DNA of 64,000 nucleotides from Octopus vulgaris (Eukaryota), in assembly GCA_951406725.2 (NCBI GenBank), contig OX597833.1, positions 50,530,001-50,594,000 on the forward strand, read 5' to 3'. Position numbers and translations under genes: made by a program. The number at the start of each line of letters is the position of its first letter. Within the stretch, counting starts at the first letter, position 1. The notes beneath the pieces were generated by a model. That model was given only the letters and a program-made list of their open reading frames with translations, searched no databases and was not told where the DNA came from. Positions 15,946-29,292 of the stretch are shown here, one piece after another.

Positions 15946-16385
15946 CAGTTAGTTATTATGATAAGACAAAGTGTAAGGCAAAGAATAATCTGATATTTAG
16001 TAAAATCTCAATAAAACAGTATCAAATGGGGATTGAAATTATGTCTTCTGGTTTGGTCTTCTAAACACGTGTCAGTCTAACATGTTATAAAGACACTACT
16101 CACTTCAATAACATCCCAGTTACCTGCCTCGGTCTTCTTTATCAAGATAGGTATTCGTTATCACTGCCTCTATATATCCACTTCCTCCTCTCCTTCTCAC
16201 TCACTCACTCACTCACTCGCTCATTTACTGTCTTTATATTCCTCTTCCCCGCTCTTTCACTGCTTCTTTATATAACTCTCTGCTACGTCTTGTGTCTTAG
16301 CTGTTTCAATCTGAAATCGTTGTTACTGCTATTTTTGCAAAAACAAATTAACATCAACACGATACGATTTTATTTGAATATATGC

Positions 16386-16448
<63 letters not shown>

Positions 16449-16493
16449 TATATATATATACATACATATATATATATCCATACATACACACAT

Positions 16494-16560
<67 letters not shown>

Positions 16561-16704
16561 CTTCTATCCAATATCTTTCTTTCTACAATAAAATCATCTC
16601 TACTTAATATGTCCGCTCTCTTAGGTTAGATCGTTCTGCCATACATATACAAACACTCAGACACAAACACCCATGCATTCACACATACTTAAACATACGC
16701 ACAA

Positions 16705-16739
<35 letters not shown>

Positions 16740-17253
16740 TTCATACATATATATATATATATATATATACATATATGCTTATATATATGTATGTGTGTTT
16801 GTGTGTGTGTATGTGTGTGTGAGTGTGCGCGCATCTGTGTCTGTATAATATTAATTGTGTACATTTTTGCGTATTTATTTTTCTGCTGTTCTTTTTTTCT
16901 TCTTTGGCAATATTAGCTGTTTATCTCCTTAAAGTTCAGTGCGATGTCGCTTTGGTTTCCGGTCAATTTCTTTTGGAAAGTTCTTTCGGACTTTTTCTTA
17001 ATCTGTTTTCAAATTTTCACCTTCTCAGAAGAAGCTTTTTATTCAATGCCGATATATTATACAATAAAAGAGACGCCTGTTGCGAATAGAAACTAATTTC
17101 TTCTCTTATGCTTCACCGTTGTGTTTAACTTTGAAGAACTTTTACCAGTTCCATAAATGGATTAGATGAGACTCATTTCGCTGTCTTATTATAAATGAAT
17201 GTATGTATGTATATATATATTAGTATATACATACTTGCACATACACAAACATA

Positions 17254-17291
<38 letters not shown>

Positions 17292-17573
17292 TTTATACAT
17301 ACATGCATACAGGCATGCAATCATACACACACACATACCTACGGACACACATACAAACAAACACACATACCCATATACCTGCTAATACACATGCACACAC
17401 ACTTATATACATATAAATATGTTTATGTTTATATACAAAAAACAATTTATTATTAAATTTAAATTGAAGGATCACGAATAGGTTTTATTAGAAAAAAATA
17501 TATTTATAAAGTTTTCAAAAAAAAGAAGTTAACTGCGACTTATAAATTAATCAGTTTATCTCTCCCCCCCCCC

Positions 17574-17639
<66 letters not shown>

Positions 17640-17739
17640 ATATATATATATATATGTATGTATGTATGTATAGATAGATAGACAGGCAGACAGACAGACA
17701 GACAGATAGATAGTGAGACAGAGAGATAGATAGATAAAC

Positions 17740-17773
<34 letters not shown>

Positions 17774-18213
17774 ATAAGGACAGGATTTAAATAAATAAAT
17801 CCTGGGATATGTTTTGAAGTATGACGAAGATTAATCTCGCTAACTCATGAAAAAACACAAAAGGGTCAAGATCTGGTTTCTTCTGGTAACAATTCAGAAA
17901 GATTTCTGTTGAATGAGTTTGATATGTAATAAGTACGCAGTAAAAAGAAAGCTATGCATATTAATACCGAAAGAAATGAAAGCATTAATGATACTGCCGT
18001 TATCTCATCACCACCACCATCCACCGTCACCACCACCACCACCACTATCGTCAACGTCGTCGTCGTCGCTATGATGCTGTATCAAAAAGGAAAACGGTTC
18101 TGGTATAATGTAAGTCGATTCAACAATGATTAAAATATTCATTTCCTCGATTCCTGTGTACTTTTATAAAATATTATCACCAAATTACCAAATTACCATA
18201 TTACTTAATAATA

Positions 18214-18476
18214 GGCGTAGGAGTGGCTGTGTGGTAAGTAGCGTGCTTACCAACCACATGGTTCTGGGTTCAGTCCCACTGCGTGGCACCTTGGCCAAGT
18301 GTCTTCTCCTATAGCCTCGGGCCGACCAAAGCCTTGTGAGTGGATTTGGTAGGTGGAAACTGAAAGAAGCCCGTCGTATATATGTATATGTATTTGTATA
18401 TGTATGTGTGTTTGTATATGTTTGTGTGTCTGTGTTTGTCCCCCCCCCCCACCATCGCTTGACAACCGATGCTGGC
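18214..18476 (+). mobile_element. SINE family A, 3'-truncated
   Basis: Matches about 7250-7500. Confidence 0.85.
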
Positions 18477-18639
18477 GACTTTGCCTTTCATCCTCTTAGG
18501 GTCGAAAAATAAGTCCCAGGTGCATAATTTCGTGCATTGTGTCTAAAGTAGAAAAGAATATCATTATATATGAGCTGATGATGGAGCCTCTACATGGTTA
18601 CCCGACTTTACGTAACAATAGCCAGGTTAGTTTCACATT

Positions 18640-18830
18640 TTGGCACAAGGCCAGAAATTTCGGGGCAAAGTTCTAATAGATTACATCGACACAAGTGCTC
18701 GACTGGTACTAATTTTATCGAACCCAGAAAATATAAAAGGCGAAGTCGACGTCGGTGGGTTTCGCACTCAGAACCTAAAGACGGACGAAATCCCGTTAAG
18801 CATTTTGTCCGGCGTGTTAACGATTCTATT
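18640..18830 (-). mobile_element. SINE family B (tail B2), diverged
   Basis: Similarity to B consensus. Confidence 0.7.
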
Positions 18831-19029
18831 CAGCCAGCTCAACACCCTAGTAATGATAATTATTTTGCCACAAATCACACACCACCATCTCCAAAACATA
18901 AGAAAAAGTATTGAAAACAAATGAAATGCAGCAATATATTACGAGATATACAGAGGAGATGGTCATGGTTGTATATACTTGACCATAGGTCGGATATTTC
19001 ATACAGCTAAACAGTGGCATATTACACAT

Positions 19030-19188
19030 ATAGCTAATGGGAGACCCCCTTCGGTCATGAATGATCATGGGATTGGACCTAGAAAAATACCCTCCTAGGC
19101 ACAAGTCCGGGCAAGATTGTTTATGGAAGACCAGCAGTCGCCCATGCATATCAGCCTCCCCTTTCCACACCACTGATGTTATCCAAAG
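19030..19188 (-). mobile_element. Possible RTE-clade LINE 5'-region fragment
   Basis: gaagaccagcagtcgcccatg..cctcccctttccacaccactgatgttatccaa resembles, from memory, reverse RTE 5' UTRs; not verified. Confidence 0.3.
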
Positions 19189-19191
19189 ACT

Positions 19192-19603
19192 GACGAAATA
19201 CCTATTTCTTTACTACCCACAAGGGGATAAACACAGAGAGGACAAACGGATTAAGTCGATTATATCGACCCCAGTGCGTAACTGGTACTTATTTAATCAA
19301 CACCGAAAGGATGAAAGGCTAAGTCGCCCTCGGCGGAATTTGAACTCAGGACGTAGCGGCAGACGAAATACCTATTTCTATTTCTTTACTACCCACTAGG
19401 GGCTAAACACATAGGAGACAAACAAGGACAGACAGACGGATTAAGTCGATTATATCGACCCCAGTGCGTAACTGGTACTTTATTTATCGACCCTGAAAGG
19501 ATGAAAGGCAAAGTCGACTCGGCGGAATTTGAACTCAGAACGTAACGGCAGACGAAATACTGCTAAGCATTTCGCCCGGCCTGCTAACGATTCTGCCAGC
19601 TCG
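19192..19603 (-). mobile_element. SINE family B tandem multimer (2 units plus start of a third)
   Basis: Junction gaaatacctatttc at 19195-19208 and 19365-19378. Confidence 0.85.
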
Positions 19604-19864
19604 CATGAAGAGTTAGCAAATATAGTGCTGACAATATTTGCACCCGAATATTAAGTTTCTCACTCAAACAAGCTTTTTCATTTCTGTACATTCAAATACA
19701 TTCTTTGTTAGACAAGTAAAAATGTCTTCTCTATATCAGTTTATAGAAGCATAGAAAAAAAAAAATCAATAATGAAATACGTTGTTTGTGAGAAAAGAAA
19801 AGTATATTTTAAATGTCATTTTATAGAAAACATTATTTTTTTAAAAACAATAATGACCTCGGAG

Positions 19865-20136
19865 TAGCGATGGCAAGTCTGTGACACGCGTGTCAGCAGT
19901 GACACGCCGCAAAGTTTTAGATGTCACGCAATAGACTTTGAGAAAGAAATCTCCGTACAATACCATCGTATAAGAAATGTTATCTAAAACGAAATTACAC
20001 GAATACATGTATGTGTATAGACGAATTCACTGAAAACGACGATGCACGCATAAATATAAATGACACTTCAATAACAGGATTATTAAAGGTATTAAAATTT
20101 CGACACACGAGGTTAAAAAATGGTTCGCCATTAGTA
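19865..20136 (+). mobile_element. hAT-type MITE
   Basis: Degenerate TIRs tagcgatggcaagtct ... ggttcgccattagta; subterminal palindrome tgacacgcgtgtca. Confidence 0.65.
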
Positions 20137-20504
20137 ACTCACAAAATAGAAGCAACTAGAGACGGTATTGTCTTTTCATAAGTCACATGACTCTTAAGCT
20201 TTGCAATTACGTTGAATCTATTATTTGCGTCATATTTCAGGAACAAGTGTTGGCTACCAAGGAGGAAGTGTAAAGGTGGCCGATCAAACTGGTAGAAATA
20301 ACAGGTAAATTTCCTTCAGACCACCATATTCTTGCCTTAGAAAAAGAAAGGAAATATCAAATGCTGAATTCTATTCGTATATACAAGAAAAGGAAAAGGT
20401 AAAAAAACAAGGTGAGAATTATGTGGTTGAAATGTCGTTCACTGCAGGTTTGATTAATTAGGAGAGCCTAATAACAAATAATATAAATATAAATATATGT
20501 TTTA

Positions 20505-20892
20505 CTCGTTAGAGACATGCTGGGGCACCACCTTGAAGAGTCTTTTAGGCGAAAAAGTCGGCCCGAAGACTTTTAAGCCTGGCACTTACTCTATCGGTCT
20601 CCTTTGCCAAACCGTTGAGTTACTGGGACGTAAACACACCAGCATCGGTTGTCAAGCTGTGTGGTGGAGGACAAACACAGATACAAAGACACACACACTC
20701 ATACGCGCGCGCACACGCATATATGTATACGACGGGCTTCTTTTAGTTTTCTTCCAACACATCTACTCACAAAGTTTCGGTCGGACCGAGGCTATAGTAA
20801 AAGACAACTGCGCTAGGTGCTACGCAGTGGAGCCAAACCCGAGACCATGTGGCTTGAGAAGCAAGCTTCTTACCACACAGCTACGCCTGTGC
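20505..20892 (-). mobile_element. SINE family A, diverged
   Basis: Reverse match to 7250-7660. Confidence 0.8.
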
Positions 20893-21170
20893 CTTTAACA
20901 ACAAGTTTATAAAGAAAAGTTGTCTTCATACACATCGTGTGCCAATTATCCCCATAAGAAAGGAACAAATAATACAATGTGGCTGTAGGTCATAACACCC
21001 GGGCAACGCCGGGGTTCATTACCAGTGTGTGTGTGTGTGAGTGTATATATATATATATACATATACCGGAGTAAACACATAAATGTGAAACAAGGTGGAA
21101 AAAAAGAGTACTCAAATACCAGGGTTAGAGTAATATGCTTTATTTAAAAGCAGCAGAAATTCAACAAAAC

Positions 21171-21208
21171 CTGTTACTCGGAGTTTCACGTTCCCGTTCG
21201 TCGGACAG
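21171..21208 (-). ncRNA. Minimal type I hammerhead ribozyme-like motif (inverted copy)
   Basis: Reverse complement ctgt|CCGACGA|acg-ggaa-cgt|GAA|actc-c-gagt|A|acag. Confidence 0.55.
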
Positions 21209-21240
21209 TTTTGTTAAAATTTTGTTAAAATTTACCAAAA

Positions 21241-21278
21241 CTGTCCGACGAACGGGAACGTGAAACTCTGAGTAACAG
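21241..21278 (+). ncRNA. Minimal type I hammerhead ribozyme-like motif (U4C core variant)
   Basis: ctgt|CCGACGA|acg-ggaa-cgt|GAA|actc-t-gagt|A|acag: stems I, II and III all pair; GUA cleavage triplet. Confidence 0.55.
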
Positions 21279-21304
21279 GTTTTGTTGAATTTCTTCTAAA
21301 TAAA

Positions 21305-21365
<61 letters not shown>

Positions 21366-22045
21366 ATTGCGATAATTTGATAGTTACACACACCCAATAT
21401 ACACGCGCGCGCGCATTTCAGCGTAAACCATATCAAACGAATTTTTAATTAAATATATACGACGGTTCTTCATTGGACATAAAATCTTCTTGAAACCGGG
21501 CATGAAATAGTATTGTAATATTTAATAATATCACCATAAGAACTTTATTGTGTGTACTGAGCGAGCTAAGGCAAGAACCTGGTGTCCAGTCTTAATAGAT
21601 TTAATTGTTCGATTGTACAATAACAGAAAACTCTACGAACATGTTACATCGTTCTTCATAAGACAAGCACATTAATTCAGCGACGAATGGAAGCCTGACT
21701 TTTATCTAATAATCTACGTCCACAGTTTAATTCAACGTAGGTCGTTTAACATCCACCGTTAAAATTATCATTCTTTTTCCATAAACTCAACAAAGTCGTT
21801 TAGCCCGTGATATAATGCCACCGTTTACGACGTTATCTTGCTATAAACTATTGATTTTGTAAATATGATCTCGCCATCGATGGTTATCAAACTGAGTTTT
21901 AATTGGTAGTCTTTGTCGTAACTACTGATTAAACCGAAACATAATTATTTCTGGTTGGAAAGCGCCTAAAATATGCAGTAATCTTCTCGTAAAAAGTTAG
22001 CAACCTCTTTTGCCGTTACGTTTGTGTGTCACTTGATAGAATTAC

Positions 22046-22201
22046 TATTTCTTTTACTACCCACAAAGGGCTAAACACAGAGGGGACAAACGGATTAAGT
22101 CAATTATATTGACCCCAGTGCGTAACTGGTACTTATTTAATCGACCCCGAAAGGATGAAAGGCAAAGTCAACCTCGGCGGAATTTGAACTCAGAACGTAA
22201 C
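22046..22201 (-). mobile_element. SINE family B (tail B1), 5'-truncated
   Basis: Reverse match to B consensus. Confidence 0.8.
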
Positions 22202-22314
22202 CATCTAAACTGACCTTCAGATTTCTAAACACTGTGAAATGCTTTAATGTGGTAACAGCTAGATCTTTTTGCTTATTGTTTATTTAAATCGAGAGTATAT
22301 AATCCACTATACCG

Positions 22315-22386
22315 CACCATGTGGTCTAGTGGTTAGGATTCTGCGCTCTCACCGCGGCGGTCGGAGTTCGATTCCCCGCTTGGGAA
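22315..22386 (+). pseudogene. Degenerate tRNA-Glu(CTC)
   Basis: gtggtctagtggttaggatt..gcgctctcaccgc..gttcgattcc..tgggaa closely follows eukaryotic tRNA-Glu(CTC); anticodon arm intact; acceptor stem has 3 mismatches and T stem has 1. Confidence 0.75.
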
Positions 22387-22394
22387 ATTATTAA

Positions 22395-22789
22395 GTGGAG
22401 GCGCTACGGCCCAGTGGTTAGGGCAGCGGATTCGCGGTCATGGGATCGCGGTTTCAATTCCCAGACCGGGCGTTGTGAGTGTTTATTGAGCGAAAACACC
22501 TAAAGCTCCACGAGGCTCCGGCAAGGGGTGGTGGCGAACCCTGCTGTATTCTCTCACCACAACTTTCTCTCACTCTTTCTTCCTGTTTCTGTTGTACCTG
22601 TATTTCAAAGGGCCAGCCTTGTCACTCTCTGTGTCACGCTGAATATCTCCGAGAACTACGTTAAGGGTACACGTGTCTGTGGAGTGCTCAGCCACTCGCA
22701 CGTTAATTTCACGAGCAGGCTGTTCCGTTGATCGGATCAACTGGAACCCTCGTCATCGTAACCGACGGAGTGCCACGATGTAATCCACT
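22395..22789 (+). mobile_element. SINE family C, tail type 1, full length
   Basis: tRNA-like head, core, tail ending accgacggagtgcc. Confidence 0.88.
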
Positions 22790-22979
22790 GGTAGGTGAAA
22801 ATGCATAAATAGATAGAAGGCAATAAGATATAGTCAAAAAGACAACGTGAGAGATAACAACGGGAAGGAAATAAATTCGAAAAGCGTAGTCAAAATATGT
22901 AAGCACTATTTTGCGTTTCCTCGAAAACTAATAAAAGTACTTGATTTCAGCCATACATATTTTAGGTGCATATTGTGTG

Positions 22980-23037
<58 letters not shown>

Positions 23038-23585
23038 TGTGTGTAGATAAATGTGAGTATGTTACATAAATACCTTTCTGTAATATATAATTTGTATTTA
23101 CTCTACGTCATGTGTCGATAACTCTGTGCAGCTCAGTAGAAGAACGCAGGTGGCACAGAGGCTTGTACCAAGGGGTAACGTAATGTAACGCAATACCATC
23201 CGCTATCGTACGAGTAACTGGTTCTCTTGCTATCAAGCACTAATTTGCATGCGCACGAGGTTGTTAATTTGCACTTAGGCTCCTGGAGATACATGTTATT
23301 GTTTTCTAATGAACTGCTGTTCACTCAGTTTAGCTCACGTTTAGCCCCCTTGAAGCAGATTTATGAATCGTATATAAGGACACTCCATCCTTTGGCGTTT
23401 CGTCTTTTTCCATCAAGAATTTCATTGTTCATTGTGCACTTGGTGTGTTTAGACGTTAAGCATAACTAAGTTTCTTTTATTAGATTATCCAGATTTCTGC
23501 CTATACCATCTATCTTTCTATTGCCTTACAGTTCTATATTTAAGAGATGAGGAATTATGTACATTATTTACATTATTTACATTCG

Positions 23586-23660
23586 ACGGATATTTGTCTT
23601 CATCTTGTTTGATGTTAACACTTTGTGTTCACAACAATCAAGATAAGGACAAATATCCGT
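23586..23660. repeat. Imperfect 75-bp palindrome
   Basis: acggatatttgtcttcatcttg ... caagataaggacaaatatccgt. Confidence 0.75.
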
Positions 23661-23662
23661 AA

Positions 23663-23810
23663 GAATCTCCCCGAGAGCTAAGATAAGGGTACACGTGTCT
23701 GTGGAATGCTCAGCCACTTACACGTTAATTTCACGAGCATGCTGTTCTGTTGATCGGATCAACTGGAACCCTCGTCGTCGTAAGCGACGGAATGCCACGA
23801 TGTAATCCAC
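23663..23810 (+). mobile_element. SINE family C tail type 1 fragment
   Basis: Matches 22641-22789. Confidence 0.75.
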
Positions 23811-24088
23811 TATTTTCAAAATTACACAAGTGATGGAAACAGTTGTGAACTAGTATTTCCTGTATCATTTTCTGTCTCTTTCTCTTATCAGTGATATAGA
23901 GTACGGATTCCACAGAGGTAGCTCAAGGGGAGACATTGTTTCTAATTCTTGAGAACTACAAAATATCTATATTGTTGTATATGACAATATTGATATTGAT
24001 CCTCCTGCAGAAGAGGAGATCGCTGGTTTCTGACCTCTGAGATTTCAAGTCTCTTAGACCCTGCCCACTTGATGCACCTGTCCTCATA

Positions 24089-24280
24089 TATGAGGGGTTG
24101 CTGAAAAGTTCCTGGCTTTAAGGATGTCGCGAAATGCATGGTTGGAGGCCCAAACTGCTTAGAAAAACTGAAGGACCGCTGCAATAAGTGTGTACTCTGA
24201 GAAAGGAATATGTTAAATAAAATCATAATTAACTGATCCTCATGTAAAAATATTGATCCTCCTGCAAAACCTTTGACTGT
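24089..24280 (+). mobile_element. Mariner-derived non-autonomous element
   Basis: TIR-like gaggggttgctgaaaagttcc; residual C-terminus LKDRCNKCVL..EYVK*. Confidence 0.65.
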
Positions 24281-25022
24281 AACCAACGTGGGAACTTCGT
24301 ATCAAAGCTTCTCATTTCTTCTACCGTAAAGTTTCTCTTAAACAACCATTTCTGAAGATCATTACCAACTACAGTTTCTAACTCCAACTTTTAATTATCC
24401 TCACCTGAAACACTTGGTTCCGTCCCTAAACGATTTATTTGATAATACTTTCAATCACAAAACACACACACACACATATACTGATGATATCATCTTTCAC
24501 TACTGATTCACATACTTATTAAGCACATGGTAACGACAGAATGTTTGGTACCGCTCATCAGAAATCTGTTCAGTTCATGATCTGAGACATCAGTAACAAT
24601 CTTCGTAGGGAAATATAATTACTCTAGTCTTCAAAGAGCAAATATTCCCTGCAACACACGAAAAAATAATTCTTTGATTCCATCTTTACTACGAATGAAC
24701 ATCAAGCAAATAAAACCTTTGAAGTTGCTGAAAATGCCGAGTCTCATAGGTGATCTCTCAAGAAGATTTCACATACAGGACCTTGAGTTATGAGCTATAT
24801 ATCCCAAAGACTAGGTTCTGATTTATTGATAGCCCTCTACAACTTTGCAAAGCCAGTGGGCTGACTAACAAAGATCCACTCATGAACACATAATTACATA
24901 TTCATTTATAGACGCACAGAGTACAACACTTGGCTTAATGACGTGTTTTGTCTTATTTCAGCCTCTTTTCACATTTCGCCAATTTCTGACCTCAAGTCTC
25001 TTTGACCCTGCCCACTTGATGC

Positions 25023-25201
25023 ACGAGGGGTTGCTGAAAAGTTCCTGGCTTTAAGGTTTTTTTACAGGGCTTAGAAAAACTTAAGGACCGCTGCAATAAG
25101 TGTGTGACTCTGAGAAGGGGATTTGTTGAATAAAATCATAATTAACTGATCCTCCTGTATTTTCTTTTATCCAGACAGTAACTTTTCAGCATCCCCTAGT
25201 A
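25023..25201 (+). mobile_element. Mariner-derived MITE (same family as 24089)
   Basis: TIRs acgagggggttgctgaaaagtt ... aacttttcagcatcccctagta. Confidence 0.75.
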
Positions 25202-26414
25202 CGCGTTCTATTTCTGTAGCTTCTCACCAGAAAGATCCCATACTAAATATTTTCCTTTATCCATTCTCCAAGGAAATGTCAATCATCTAAAATTCCTTCC
25301 CTACATACATTTTCCTCCCACAGTTATTGAACTACAGGAATTAAAGCCGACCGGCGAAAGGCGTGTGTTTCTGAAGATCAGAGAAAGCTGCCTTTTGGAG
25401 TAAATAGTGAACGAAAACATAGCTAATGATTAAGTATTGTCCACCGATAGAAGTAAGATCACTGTATAAGTTATTGGACTCTGTTCCAGTCTGTACATAT
25501 TGTTTCCACACAATATCCCTGACAGAGGAAACTAAAGCCTCTACTGAATCGGAAAGTATTGAGAAAATATCCTGACGAGAAAATAGGTTACAGAACTCAG
25601 TATATTAAACATGTAAGGCTCTCCGAACACAATAACAAACTAACGTGAGCATATTGATAACTAAATCATTGATATGAAAATAGCTACTATTACAATATAT
25701 ACCAACAACACAGGCACACATACATTGATTTGTGTAATGAGTTGGAGAACCACGGCGAAATAAAGCGAGATAATCTCTACAAATATGAACTTAGTCACAG
25801 AGGATATATATACAAAGAACAGGATCCACCTTTTGCATAAAACCAATAACGTGGAACATTAAATGTTACTTTTTTCGTGATTTCATTATTTTTAATAAAG
25901 TGAAACAAAATCCTGTATTGCAATCAATGGAAAAAAGATTTGAACGGCATGACAATGAAATCGTTAGACAAAAGATTCAAAACAATGTGTACTTCCGCTC
26001 TAGGGAACTAATGAAAAGCGAATGAATCTATTGTTCGTACAGTCATAAAGGATAACAATTGTATTCAAACAGAAACTATCAACTATTCATTGCCTGATTA
26101 AGTTTCCTCTATTATTTTCAATTGAACTACCACTGTATAAATTTGCCATTCGAATTTATTTTCAATCTTAATGTGATAGAAAAGCATTTCATCTGCTATA
26201 TTCGTCTGTTATATATCGACGGCATACATATGTTCGACGCTACATTTAGGTACAACAACATCGAACCAAAATACGCTGTGACATAATTGATAACCAAGTG
26301 AGTGATGTCGAACATTTTAGGCCAGCTGAATTAAATTAGTTTTAGATATATTTCCTGCAACATTTTCTTCTTCTTCATTATTATTTATTTATCTATTTAT
26401 TATTATTATTATTA

Positions 26415-26469
<55 letters not shown>

Positions 26470-26560
26470 AAAATTAAAGCCGACCGTCTAAACGCGTCGA
26501 TTTCATTAGCTTGCGTGTGTTTCTAAGGATTGGAGAAATATTATTATTATTATTATTATT

Positions 26561-27002
<442 letters not shown>

Positions 27003-27027
27003 ATTATTGTTATTGTTGTTGTTATTA

Positions 27028-27086
<59 letters not shown>

Positions 27087-27104
27087 TATAATATCATATG
27101 TTTG

Positions 27105-28020
27105 ACTTTTGCTTTGTATTTGTACAAGCTGGCTCTAAGTTTTACCCATTGACATCAAGAAACAGCAAGTTCAAGTTGGTGTTATGTCTAAGGTGTCATA
27201 TATTCGGTTTTGCATATAGTATTGTTCTAGAGAATGTTTAAGAAAACGAGAAAATCATAATTTTTTTAAAAATTTGAGATTACATAGACAGAATTTTAGG
27301 TAGGATATGAGCAGTTCCCATGAGCACTAACTTTTAATTTTCTGCCATTTTGGGGTTTCCTGATATCTGAGGTAGATAGGAGTCAGCCCCTTTTGCTATC
27401 ATTCCTAGGGCACCTATGACAACAGATGTTGTTTTAGTCTTGAGGTTCCACATTTTGCCAATTTCTATTTCAAGATCTTTATACTTGCTCAGTTTTTGGG
27501 AGGTCTTGACAGATACATTTATGTCGATTGGGACTATCATATCAATGAGGAGGCATGATTTTTGTCTGAAGTCTTTCAATATGTTGTCTGGCCTATTTGC
27601 ATCTATCTTTCTGTCAGTTTGAAAGGTGAGGTTCCAGAGGAGTGAGATGTGATTGTTTTCAAGCATTGGAGGGAGTTTGTGTTCCCAGCAGTTTTTATTA
27701 TGGGGCAGGTCCAGGTTTTTGAAAATTAATCCAGTGCATATACTGTGCTGCTCTATCATACCTGTTAAGATACCCTATAGGCGCAAGAAGACTGCATGGA
27801 GACAACATGATCAATGGTCTCATTTTGTTGTTACATACACGACATGTTGGGCAACTGCCGTTCTTTAATATGTTGGCCTCGTAGATTCCTGTAGGTAGGC
27901 ATTGATCTTGGGCTGTTATGATAAACCTTCTATTTCTGATTTTAAGCCAGAAGACTTGATAGGTAAGGGCTTTGTCAATATCCGCATTTTTAGCTCTCTT
28001 TGGGTATTTGTCATTGAGAG
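27105..28020 (-). mobile_element. Degenerate R4/Dong LINE 3' fragment
   Basis: GLKSEIEGFIITAQDQ, CPTCRVC, NRPD, KLSKYKDLEIEI..VVIGALG, with stops and frameshifts. Confidence 0.85.
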
Positions 28021-28045
28021 TTAAGCATATATATATATATACATA

Positions 28046-28136
28046 CTCTCTCTTTTACTCTTTTACTGTTTTACTTGTTTCAGTCATTTGACTGCGGCCA
28101 TACTGGAGCACCGCCTTTAGTCGAGCAAATCGACCC
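28046..28136 (-). mobile_element. SINE family A 3' fragment
   Basis: cttgtttcagtcatttgactgcggcca..gcaccgcctttagtcgagc. Confidence 0.75.
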
Positions 28137-28161
28137 ATATATATATATGTATTTATACACA

Positions 28162-28201
<40 letters not shown>

Positions 28202-28844
28202 TTATACACACACACACACACAATTATATATATGCGTGAGTATGCGTGTGTGTGTTCTCGCGCATGCGTATTCCCCGAGTGGTGTGGTGATTTTCTTGTT
28301 GGTGGGTATGCACAAGTAAAACTTCGAATTTGACAAACATTACTAGCGTGTTTGCGTCAACAACCAATCATTGACCTCTTTTCTCTCTCTCCCTTTCACC
28401 CCACCCCCACCCCCACCACTATCGCCTCCTTTTCACTCACCCCCCTCCTTCGCCTCAACCGACCGCAGTTACGTTTCGTGTAATTAAAATTCTAGGCTCA
28501 AGTGTGAGATAACCGGAAAGCTAAACCAAATGGTGGCAACGTATAAGGATCCGCGCGATTAAATCAGTCATCGTGAAGATGGTAAGATAAGAAACGACGT
28601 AGTGAGGCAGTCAATTAAATATTCGAAGGGAAATTCATTCTACTTGACACCTTCCCCTTTAATTACCTGTGTGAAAAACTTGCTAAGGAAATGGTGTTTC
28701 ACACACAGACAAGTTCCGAAACTCGCACACACACACACATAGGCGGATGTGTATAAACATGCGCTCACGTATGCCCTTACATACTCACACACACACATAT
28801 AAATATATATATATATATAAATAAAGTGGTATATATATGTGTGT

Positions 28845-28883
<39 letters not shown>

Positions 28884-28959
28884 GTACATATATACACACA
28901 CACATTCACACAAAATTATATATATATAGAGAGAGAGGTATATATATATGTATAGGTAC

Positions 28960-29006
<47 letters not shown>

Positions 29007-29246
29007 GGTATATAATAAACACATCAACACAGATTATATTCAGCACTTACAGAATAAAACGGTCACACACACAGACCACACCACACATACACAGACATAC
29101 AGACACAGAGTCACACACACATACACAAGCACACACACATACACACACACACACACCACACACACGAATGTACATTTGTATAAGTATATACATGATATAC
29201 ACACGAATAGTTTAACGCATGTATGCGCTCATAGGCCTCTTCACAA

Positions 29247-29292
<46 letters not shown>

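Larger units (their letters stand above)
21065..21305. repeat. Fold-back element (about 59-bp near-perfect arms, 21155-21213 and 21236-21294) between (TA)n runs; probable Penelope-type inverted terminal remnant
   Basis: Arms are reverse complements with one mismatch. Confidence 0.85.
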
